Source: an uncultured Verrucomicrobiae bacterium (lineage in GTDB: Bacteria > Verrucomicrobiota > Verrucomicrobiia > Limisphaerales > JAFGQR01). Taken from it: 54,238 bases of DNA. Shown here in pieces: positions 30,028-42,000 of the stretch. The translations under genes and the position numbers were made by a program. Each line of letters begins with the position of its first letter. Positions within the stretch are counted from its first letter, which is position 1. The stretch covers positions 1-54,238 of the forward strand of contig CAWBHS010000019.1 in assembly GCA_963788655.1 (NCBI GenBank), in the 5' to 3' direction. The notes under the pieces are model-generated. The model saw only the letters and a program-made list of their open reading frames with translations. It did no database searches and was not told where the DNA came from.

Positions 30028-33000
30028 ATGAAAACGAAATACCCTCCAATTGCCTGCCTTTTAGGCATCACCATGCTGGTCATTGTGAGTTGCCTACCGA
30101 TGAGTGCTGTTCCGGTATTGCAACTGCAATCCGGCGCGACCACGGTAACCGTTCCCGATGGGGATTTGTTGGATTCCAGCCCGTTGCCTGGTGTTGTTAC
30201 CTACGTCGGTGCCGTGGGGAATTTTACGATCAATGTGACCTCTGGGCTGACGAAACCGACCCAAGGGACAGCGATATTGCCTGAAATAAGTCTAAGCTCA
30301 GTGGATACCAGTAAGCAGGGAGGTACACTGAGCCTTCAATTCTCGGATAACAATTTTTCTCCCGCGCCAAGTGGCCCTATATTTGGTAGCCTGGGCGGCA
30401 CGGCGGCCAGTGGCGGCAATCTGGTTTTCAACACTTACGTGAATTCATCGAATACGGAACTCGACACCTCCGGTGGAGCAGTTATGAGCCAAGGTCCATT
30501 TACGGGAGCTTTTTCAGACGATGCCAACACCTCGGTGGCGTTAACGGCTCCATATTCGATAACGATGGAAGCCATTATCACCCATCCACCGAGCGCGAAT
30601 GGTGTTGCGTCCAGCTTTGTGTTTGATCTGACCACTTCCGGTTGCTGCGAGGAGATTCTCCTCACCTGTCCTCCCGACATTGCCGTCCAATGCTTGGGTG
30701 ATGTGCCGCCGGCCGACTTTGCTGGTGGCACCATGGTTGATCCCTGCAACCATCCGGAAACGATTGTAACCCATGTGGGCGACACTACAGTGGGAACATG
30801 CCCGACAATAATTACCCGGACCTACCAAGCCTCCAATGACTGCACCAACAGTACCTGCACCCAAATCATTACGGTCAACGATACGATTCCGCCTGTGATC
30901 ACCTGTGCCCCCAACGTTACGGTGCAATGTTTGGCGGATGTGCCACCGTCTTCTTTTTCGGTTAGCGATAACTGCGATCCCAATCCTGCGGTTCAGGTGA
31001 CGGAGTCGAGTGCCGGGAATTGCCCGACCATTATCACCCGCACGTATGAAGCGACCGATATCTGCACCAACCAGGCCACATGCATTCAGGTCATCACCGT
31101 TCATGATACCATTCCCCCCGTTTTCACGCAGACCCCTCCCGATGTGGATTTGGGTTGCAACCCGGCCAGCGTTCCCGTGTGCGATGTGGCGCAAGTGACC
31201 GCGACCGACAACTGCGGTCCGGTGACAATCACCTGCGGCAGCGCCGATGTGGTGACCGATTGCGATCACACCCGCACGATTACCTACACCGCCGCGGATC
31301 TCTGCACCAACTTGGCGACATTTGTCCAAACGATCACTTGGAAGGTGGACGTTACTCCGCCGGTTCTCACCGGTTGTTCGACCGATGTCTCGGTGCAATG
31401 CTTGGCGGACATTCCCGCCGCAGTCAACGTAACCGCTCTGGACGACTGCGATGGCCCCCTCGCGGTGAATTATAGCGATACGCAAACCAATCCCGGTTCC
31501 TCGTGTAACAATGTCATCACTCGCACATGGACCGCCGTGGACGAGTGCGGCAACCAAGCTCAGTGCGTGCAAATCATTACAGTGAATGACACAATGCCTC
31601 CGGTCGTTACTTGTCCGCCGGACGTGACGGTTCAATGCCTAAGCGATGTGCCTCCCGCTGACTTCGTTGGTGGTTCCGTCAGCGACAATTGTGATCCTAA
31701 TCCGCTCGTAAGCCATGAGGGAGATGTGGCAGTGGGGGCTTGTCCCACAATCATTACGCGCACCTATGCGGCCACCGATATCTGCGGGAACCAGTCCACT
31801 TGCACTCAAATCATTACCGTTCATGACACCATTCCGCCGGTTTTCACGCAGACCCCGCCGCCTAATGTGGATTTGGGTTGCAACCCGGCCAGCGTTCCCG
31901 TGTGCGATGTGGCGCAAGTAACCGCGACCGACAACTGCGGTCCAGTGACAATCACCTGCGCCAGCGCCGATGTGGTGACCGGCTGCTTGCATACGCGCAC
32001 GATTACCTACACCGCCGCGGACCTCTGCACCAACTTGGCGACATTTGTCCAAACGATCACATGGAAGGTGGACGTTACTCCGCCGGTTCTCACCGGTTGT
32101 TCGACCGATGTCTCGGTGCAATGCTTGGCGGACATTCCCGCCGCAGTCAACGTAACCGCTCTGGACGACTGCGATGGCCCCCTCGCGGTGAATTATAGCG
32201 ATACGCAAACCAATCCCGGTTCCTCGTGTAACAATGTCATCACTCGCACATGGACTGCCGTGGACGAGTGCGGCAACCAAGCTCAGTGCGTGCAAATCAT
32301 TACAGTGAATGACACAATGCCTCCGGTCGTTACTTGTCCGCCGGACGTGACGGTTCAATGCCTAAGCGATGTGCCTCCCGCTGACTTCGTTGGTGGTTCC
32401 GTCAGCGACAATTGTGATCCTAATCCGCTCGTAAGCCATGAGGGAGATGTGGCAGTGGGGGCTTGTCCCACAATCATTACGCGCACCTATGCGGCCACCA
32501 ATATCTGCGGGAACCAGTCCACTTGCACTCAAATCATTACCGTTCATGACACCATTCCGCCGGTTTTCACGCAGACCCCGCCGCCTAATGTGGATTTGGG
32601 TTGCAACCCGGCCAGCGTTCCCGTGTGCGATGTGGCGCAAGTAACCGCGACCGACAACTGCGGTCCAGTGACAATCACCTGCGCCAGCGCCGATGTGGTG
32701 ACCGGCTGCTTGCATACGCGCACGATTACCTACACCGCCGCGGACCTCTGCACCAACTTGGCGACATTTGTCCAAACGATCACATGGAAGGTGGACGTTA
32801 CTCCGCCGGTTCTCACCGGTTGTTCGACCGATGTCTCGGTGCAATGCTTGGCGGACGTTCCCGCCGCAGTCAACGTAACCGCTCTGGACGACTGCGACGG
32901 CCCCCTCGCGGTGAATTATAACGACACGCAATCCAATCCAGGTTCCTCGTGTAACAATGTCATTACCCGCACCTGGACGGCGGTTGACCAGTGCGGCAAC

Positions 33001-36000
33001 CAAGCTCAGTGCGTGCAGATTATTACGGTCAATGATACCACTCCACCACAGATAACTTGCCCGCTGGACTTGACTGTTCAGTGCCTCAACAACGTCCCGC
33101 CGGATTTCGCGGGTGGTACGGTGACCGACAACTGCGATCCGAATCCTGTGGTGACGCACGTCAGCGATCAAACCGTTGGCACTTGCCCAGCCGTGACGAC
33201 ACGAACCTACCGCGCGGTGGATGCTTGCGGCAATGCTTCGACGTGTGTGCAGACGATCACCGCAATTGACGAGACCCCACCCGTTATTGTGTGCCCGGGC
33301 GACGTGACCGTTGAATGCGACCAACCGACCGAACCCAACGTCACTGGCGAGGCCACGGCGACCGACAACTGCGATTTGCCCATCATCATTGTTTACAGCG
33401 ACTGCTTGGATTGCTGTCCGCAGCCAAGTTGCCCGCAAGAAAAGATCATCAAACGTACCTGGACGGCCACCGATGCCTGCACCAATGTGGCGACCTGCGT
33501 GCAGACGATCACTGTTCGCGACACCACTCCTCCGGTGTTGACTTGCCCGCCGGACTTGACTGTCGAGTGCGGCCAATCCTGCGATCCGAGCGCGGCTGGA
33601 CAGCCGACGGTTATGGATGCTTGCGATCCGCAGGTAGGCACCACTTACAGCGACACCGAAACTCCGGGACAATGCCCCCAAGAGCGAGTAATCACCCGCA
33701 CATGGACGGCGACTGACGACTGCGGCAACAGCAGCATTTGCGCGCAGACCATCACCGTGGCCGATACCACGCCGCCCGTGGTGGTGTGTCCGCCGGACCG
33801 CACGGTGGAATGCAGCACCGTGAGTGCGGCTCCCCCATCTGATCTCATGCCCATACCGAATCCCATCTACCAGGATATCGACGTTTTTGGCGACAACACG
33901 GGAGACTCCTCTGATGGGATTGAGATTGCCCCAGGCCAGACTTGGCTCGGAAGATTTGATGTCACTACTGGAGATTCGGATCCGTCGGTCACCATCACCA
34001 AGACGTTCGACGCCTCCCAGGGTGGGCCGGTCGCGGCTGGCACCGTCTTCAACGACATCACCACTTACATTCCCGGCACCAGCCCGGGTATCGTACAAGC
34101 TACAGCTTACTTTTACATCCGGAAGGCGGGTCCGGTTCCCCCCGGCGATGTCATTGGAGTCAGCTTGAATACCCAGAATTTGGGAATGACCACGGCCGCT
34201 CAAGCACGGTTTATTCTCGATGGTGGAATCACCGGCGTCGCGTTGGTGCAACTCGATCTCTCCGGCAAGCTGTTGTACCAAGTCGAAGTGGATAGCTCCT
34301 CGCCCTCCTCCATCCGGCTCGATTACGCCCAACTGCAGGTCACGGCCGATACCGTCCATTCGGTAATGCCGCTGCTGATTTATCCGCCAGCCGACATGGG
34401 AACCGGCACTGCGATTGACGCGTGCGATCCCAATCCAACGGTGGACCACTCCGACAACATAACGCCGGGCAATTGTCCGGGAGCCTTCACCATCGTGCGA
34501 ACTTGGACCGGGATCGACGCGTGCGGCAACGTGGGCTCCTGCGTCCAGCGGATTGACGTGGTGGACACCACGCCCCCGGTGGTGACGTGTCCGCCCGATA
34601 TAACGGTCGAGTGCAGCCAGCCTTTCGATCCGGGGATCGTCGGTCAGGCGAGTGCGATGGACAATTGTGATCCGCAAGTGAACGTGTCCTTTGCCGACAC
34701 GGAGATACCGGGGGCCTGCCCCCAGGAACGAATTATCAAACGGACGTGGACCGCCATTGACGACTGCAATAACTCCGGTGCCTGCGTGCAGACGATCACC
34801 ATTGTGGACACGACGCCTCCGGTGGTTTCCTGCCCGCCCAACGCCACGGTGGAATGCGATGCCGCGCGCGATCCGGCGACTTTGGGGATGGCCAATGCGA
34901 CCGACCTGTGCGATCCAACGCCCAATGTAAGTTACCTGGATACCTTTGCTGCCGGGCCGTGTCCGGAATCCGGCACCGTCACCCGAATCTGGACGGCTAC
35001 CGACGCGTGCGGCAATTTCGCGACGTGCCAGCAAATCATCACCGTGGTTGATACCACCCCGCCGGTCCTGACTTGCCCGGCGAATAGCACTGTCGAATGC
35101 ACTGAACCAACCGATCCCGCCAGCATTGGCATGCCCGGTGTGGAGGATAATTGTGACCCTCAAGTCACTCTGACGTATGCGGACAGTGTGCAGCCCGGTG
35201 CGTGCCCGCAAGACAAAGTCATTACCCGCACTTGGACGGCGATCGACGATTGCCAGAATACCAGCACCTGTGTGCAACGCATCACGGTGGCCGATACGAT
35301 GCCACCGGTGATTGTTTGTCCCTCGGACAAGACCTTCCAATGCGATCACCCAATCATCTTTGGTCAGGCGACTGCTTCGGACAAATGCGATCCGGCGCCC
35401 GCCATCACCTTTGCCGACGTGGTCACCCCCGGCGCCTGTCCGGAAGCACAGACGATCACTCGGACCTGGACCGCGACGGACGCCTGTGGCAACGCGGCCA
35501 GTTGCGTGCAAGTGGTGACCATTGTCGATACGGTTCCGCCGGTACTGACCTGCGCTCCGGACAAGACCATCGAATGCGATCAGCCCGTTGTCTTTAACGA
35601 CCCCACCGTACTGGACAATTGCGATCCCCAAGTGACCGTTACCTCCGCAGACAGCACGACACCCGGCAATTGCCCGCAGTCGTACAGCGTGACACGCACT
35701 TGGACGGCGATTGACGATTGCCAGAACACCAGCACGTGTTCGCAAACGATCACCGTGGTGGACTCCAAGCCGCCGGTGCTCGTGTGCCCGGCCGATTTGA
35801 CGATCGAATGCACTCAACCGACCGATCCGCCGGCTACCGGGTTGGCCACTGCCACCGATAACTGCACTCCCAATCCGGCAGTGACCTTTAGTGACGTGCA
35901 AACCCCGGGAGTCTGCCCAGTGGCCAAGCTGATCCGCCGGACTTGGTCTGTGGCCGACGATTGCGGGAACATCGCCACTTGCGTGCAAATCATCACCGTG

Positions 36001-39000
36001 ATTGATCCCGTGCCGCCAGTCGTGATCTGCCCCCCGAATGTGACCATTGAATGCGGTCAATCGACGGAACCCTCCGGCACCGGTATGGCCACGGCGACGG
36101 ATAATTGCACTCTGGATCAGGACATCTCGTTGACGTGGGGTGATACAGTTACCGTTGGCACCTGCCCCGAAAAGCTGACCCTAACCCGCACTTGGACCGC
36201 CCGTGACGAATGCGGTAACACCGCCACTTGCGTGCAAACGATCGAGGTGATGGACACCACGCCGCCAGTGCTGGCTTGCCCGTCCGACGTGACGGTTCAG
36301 TGCGACGCTCCGACCGATCCGACGGTGACCGGCAAGCCCACGGCTACCGACAACTGTGATCCCAGCTTCGAAGTGGATTATGCGGATGTGGTCATTGCCA
36401 TTCCGTCCTGTCCGTCCGCCCGGCTCATCGAACGCACTTGGACGGCTACCGATGACTGCGGTAACTCCGCGACCTGCCTGCAGCGGATCACCGTGCAAGA
36501 TTCCCAACCTCCTGCCTTGGTGTGTCCGGTCGATGTCACCGTCGAGTGTGATCTGCCGACCGATCCGCTCCACACCGGAAAGGCCGTTGCCTTTGATAAC
36601 TGCGCCGGGCAAGTCACGCCAGCTTCCGTGGACACCATCGTGCCGGGGAACTGCCCGAACTCCCGCGAGATAATCCGTACCTGGACCGCCCAGGACAACT
36701 GTGGCAATGTCGCCACTTGCGATCAACACATCTTGGTGGTTGATCGCACCCCACCGGCCTTTGTGAACTGTCCGGCCGATCAAACCATCGAATGCCTGAC
36801 CCCGATCAACTTTGGCCAACCCGTCGTGACCGACAATTGTGATCCCAATCCGCACGTCACTTCGGTCGATGTGGAAACGCCGGGCCAATGCCCGCAATCC
36901 AAGATGGTATCGCGAACCTGGACGGCTACTGACGCTTGCGGCAACGCGGCCACCTGTCGGCAGGTGATTACCGTAGTGGATCAAACGCCTCCGGTGGTGG
37001 TGTGTCCCCCGAATGTAACGGTGCAGTGCGACCAATTGAATGATCCGAGCGCTACGGGTTCCGCTGGCGGGATCGATCATTGCGATCCCAATCCATCCGT
37101 TACGTACAGTGATACGGTCACCGATCGCGACTGCCCGGAACAACGAACCATTACCCGCACGTGGACCGTGCGTGACGCGTGCGGTAACGCGGCAACGTGT
37201 GCGCAGATAATCACCGTCGTCGATATGACTCCGCCCGTGGTTGTTTGCCCGGCCGACGTGACCATTGAGTGCGATGCTGCCAGCGATCCAAGCGCTACGG
37301 GCATGGCGACGGCAACCGACGAGTGTGATCCGGTCTTTTCCATGACCTATAGCGATAGCGTGGGACCGGGAGGGTGTGCTCAAGCCCGCATCATTACCCG
37401 GACGTGGACGGCTACCGATGATTGCCAGAATATCAGTACCTGCGTCCAGCGCATCACCCTGCTGGATCGCACCCCGCCGCAGGTTTTCTGCCCGCCGAAC
37501 CTGACCTTGGAATGCCAGACGCCCACCACTCCGGATTCCACCGGGAGCGCGAGCGCGATCGACAACTGCGATCCAAGTCCAACGGTCAGCCACAGCGAAA
37601 CAATCACAGCCGGCCCGTGTCCGGAAGCGTTTACCTTGAACCGGACTTGGACCGCGATCGACGCCTGTGGCAATGCCGCCGCCTGCGTCCAGACCATCAC
37701 GGTGATGGATACGACGCCACCGGCCTTCGTGTCCTGCCCGGCTGACGTAACCCTGCAATGCGGACAGCCGACCGATCCGGGTTCAACGGGGCAACCCATC
37801 GCGCAGGATAACTGCGATCCAGTGATCAACATCACCCCCGCGGACATCGTGTCACCGGGACGTTGCGCTCAGGAGAAGGTCATCACCCGCACCTGGACAG
37901 CCCGGGATGATTGCCAAAATACGGCCACTTGTGTCCAACGCATCACGGTGGTGGATAACATCCCGCCAACGCTGACAGGTTGTCCGGCGGATGTCACCGC
38001 GCAGTGTGACGCCGTGCCGGCACCCGCGACCCCGGGAGCTAATGACAATTGCGATCTGGCTCCGGTGGTCACCTTGGTGGAAACGACGCAACCCGGATCC
38101 TGCCCCGAAGCCAAGACACTTATCCGGACTTGGACGGCTACGGATGCTTGCGGTAACGCATCTTCGTGCAGTCAACGCGTGACCGTGGTGGACACCACGC
38201 CCCCGGTGATTGCGTGCCCGCCGAATGCCACGGTTCAATGCGATCAGTTGTCGGATCCTGCTGCCACCGGAATGGCTACCGCTACCGACAACTGCGACCC
38301 CGTATTTGAAATCACCTATAGTGACAGTGTGGCCCCGGGGTCGTGCCCACAGGCGAAAGTCGTTACGCGCACCTGGACGGCCAAGGATGATTGCCAGAAC
38401 ACCAGCACCTGCGTGCAGATCATTACCGTGGTGGATACCACGCCCCCGGTGGTGATGTGTCCGCCCGATCGCGCGGTCGAGTGCGATCAGCCGACAACTC
38501 CGGACAACTTGGGCTCGGCGACCGCCACCGACAACTGCGATGATAATCCGGCCCTGACCTTTACGGATTCCACCGCCCCGGGACCGTGCCCGCAGTCGCA
38601 CATCATTACGCGCACCTGGAAGGCGACGGATGCCTGTGGCAACTCCGCCACCTGCATCCAGATCATCACCCAGGTGGATACCACCGCGCCCGTGATTGCG
38701 TGCCCGGCCAACCAGACCGTCGAGTGCGACCAACCGGTCAACTTCGGTCAACCTACGATCACGGACAACTGCGATCCCAATCCGGTCGTCGTCTTCACCG
38801 ACAACACCACGCCGGGTCCGTGCCCGCAGGCGAAGACCCTGACGCGAACCTGGACCGCCACCGACGCCTGCGGCAACACGGCTTCCTGCCAACAGATCAT
38901 TTCGGTGGTGGATACCACGCCGCCGGTGATTGCCTGCCCGGCCAACCTGACGGTCCAGTGCGATCAACCGATCAACTTCGGCCAGCCGACGGTCCATGAT

Positions 39001-42000
39001 AATTGCGACCCGAATCCTGCCGTTACCTTCACCGACGCCACCACTCCGGGCCCGTGCCCGCAGGCGAAGACGGTGACGCGGACCTGGACCGCCAGGGACG
39101 CGTGCGGCAACGCCGCGTCGTGCCAACAAGTCGTTACGGTCGTGGATACCGTGCCGCCGGTGATCACCTGCCCGCCGAACGTGACGGTTCTTGTCAACAG
39201 CCCGACCGATCCGGCCAACACCTGTACGCCGACCGCCACCGACAACTGCGATCCGAATCCCACGTTCCAGCACAGTGATACCTCGATGCCGGGCACTTGC
39301 CCCGGGGAAAGCATCATCAAGCGGACTTGGACCGCCACCGACGCCTGCGGCAATTCGGCCTCTTGCGACCAGCAGATCAGTGTCATTGAACTGACCCCGT
39401 GTTTGACCATCACCAAGACTCCGAGTGCCGACCAGGTGCTGCCGTTTACGCCGGTCACCTATACGTATTGGGTCAGCAACTGCAGTTGTGTGACCGCCAC
39501 CGACGTGGTCGTGGCGGACGACAACGGCACGCCCGACTTTGCGGGCGACGACGTGGTGGTCGGGACCATCGCGGTTCTGGGTGCCGGAGAATCCGTGCAA
39601 TTGGAGCGAACCCTTATTCTGCCGGTGGACGTGTGTTGCCCGACGGATGGGGTAACCGGCCAGTTGCTCACCGAGATCCTGCCTAACGGCAACATCAAGG
39701 TCAGCTTCGTGCAGGCTTTTGATGTGAACGACAATACGTATGGCGCGAACACGATTGGCTGGGGTGGCCCCGGCAAACATTCCTTCAACAACCTCGTGGG
39801 CAGCGACCACGCCGAGTTCGCCTTCAGCAATGGAGCGGGTCAGACGGTGTTGCAATTCCAAGAGGATTACATCAGTGCGGCGTCCACCAGCCTGTATCCG
39901 TCCGGTTACGGCACGCTCGGCGTCACGGGCGGCGAAGGCAAGATGATCACCGGCAGCGCCGCGAGTGTGCTGGCGACCTCCACCTCGCTGTCGGACAACC
40001 TCAACCAGCCGCCGTTCCTGAACAACGTGGCCCAGTACACGAAGGACTCGCCGGCCTTGAGTGATCCGAATAGCGCCCAGTGGGAATACTACATGGTCTA
40101 TACCGTGGTGGTGGACAAGAACGCTTTCGGCCCCAGCGGTTTTAGCAGCGTGGCCATTGTGGATCAGCATAATTCGCCTTCCAAACGGAAGGTCTGTAGC
40201 GCGCCCGACGTGTGCAGTCCGCAGTGCGTGACCAATACCGTGGTCGTCAGCGGCCAGGCGATGGTCATGGTGACAACCAACTGCACGCAGCAAGTGCCGG
40301 TCACCCGCGCCACCCTGGCCACGGATACTGCCGTCGTCTGCATCGCCACCCCGCCGCCGCCGTGCGGCCCGTGCCAAGGCAAGGTGTCCGAACTAACCCT
40401 GCAATACTTGGGTGCCACGCCTAACGCACAAATCAAGGTGACTCAGAAGAACGGCGCGACCGTCTTCCAGGGCACCGTGCAGCCGGGCGGACAGTTCACC
40501 TTCCACGGAACCGACAACGGCACGTTCGGGACGGAGATCACGATTATGATCAACGGTGTGACGCAGACCTCCATCCACACTAGTTGCTCGCAACCGATCG
40601 GCCCAGGGTTGGTGCGGGGTGACTTCCGAGTGATCGGTGGCTCCAGTATGCAGGGCGGACCACTCTGTCCGCTCAACCTGCCTTGCATCGAGGTCATCAA
40701 GGAGATCGCCTGCTTGTTGCCGAATGATGCTTGCGGCGCCTTTGGCAAGATCGCCTCCGGTGTGGCCGGCAGCCAGGATCCTGGCTTCTGCTATCGCATC
40801 ACCGTGACCAACTGCGGCCCGGTGGGCCTGGACAACCTGCACGTCCAGGATAACCAGATGGGCGATCTGACCAGCCTGTTCTTCGCCAACGCTAGCACCG
40901 TTCTGCCAGTCAATGGCACGGTGACGCGTATCGTGAAGATGTCGTGGGGTCAGGACACCACCAACGTGGTGGTGGCCACCGGACAATCGGTCGTGAATGG
41001 CGACCAAGTGTCGGATACCGACCAGGCGGTCGCCTTGGTGACGCCGGCACGCTTGACCTGCATGGTCACGGTGACGTCGCCATGTGACACGGACGGCAAT
41101 CCGTCTGACAACCATGTCAGTTTGCCGAATGATAGCACCCCGTGCGCCGTGACGTTCACGGTGCAGATCTGTAACGAGGGGATGATGGACCTGACCCAGG
41201 TCACGCTGAGTGCTCCGGAACTGGTTAATCTGGGCTGCGCTCTGCCAGCGCCCTTCAACTTGGCCAGCGGTGAGTGCCAAACCTTCACCTGCACCGAGAC
41301 GCTGAATTGCGAAGCCTTGGGCGGCCAATCCGTGGTGGCGCACGTCACCGCGACGGCCAACGTGGTCAGCATCGGGACGCAGTGCAACTACGACTTCAAC
41401 GGCCTACCGGTTCAAGCCGGCACCGCCTGCGAAGGTGTCATCAGTTGCGGCGCCGAGCCGAAATTCCTCCTGTTCAAGAACGCCGACAAAACCATCGTCG
41501 AACCCGGCGGGGTGGTGACTTACACCTATACGGTGACGAACAACGGCACGGTAACGATCAACGACCTGGTGGTCAGTGACGACAACGGCACCCCGTCCGT
41601 CCTGAACGATGATGTGGTGGTGGGCACCTTGGATACCTTGGCGCCGGGCGCTTCGCACGACTTCGTGCGCAGCTTGATCATGCCGGTGCGGTTGTGCTCG
41701 GACCAGACCGGCAAGGAAACCGGGACGATCATCACGCAGGTGCTGCCCAACGGCAACATCCAGGCCACCTTCATCCAGTCCTTCGCCGTGAACGACAATA
41801 CCTATGGCGTTAACTCGATTGGCTGGGGGAGCAAGGTTCACAAGTTCAGCAACTTGACCGGTAGCGACAAAGCCGAGTTCCAGTTCAAGAACGGGGCCGG
41901 CCAGGTGGTGCTGGACTTCCAGCTTGACTACATCAGTTCGGCGCCAACCAGTTTGTACCCATCGGGATATGGCACGCTGGGAGTAACCGGCGGCGATGGC

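Noticed and set aside
31100..33040. CRISPR-like or DGR-like repeat
   Set aside because: In-frame coding tandem duplication with no spacers, no cas or RT gene and no evident adenine-specific variation.
32362..40377. Long minus-strand ORFs (1232, 525 and 841 aa)
   Set aside because: Antisense shadows of the repetitive, codon-biased giant gene.
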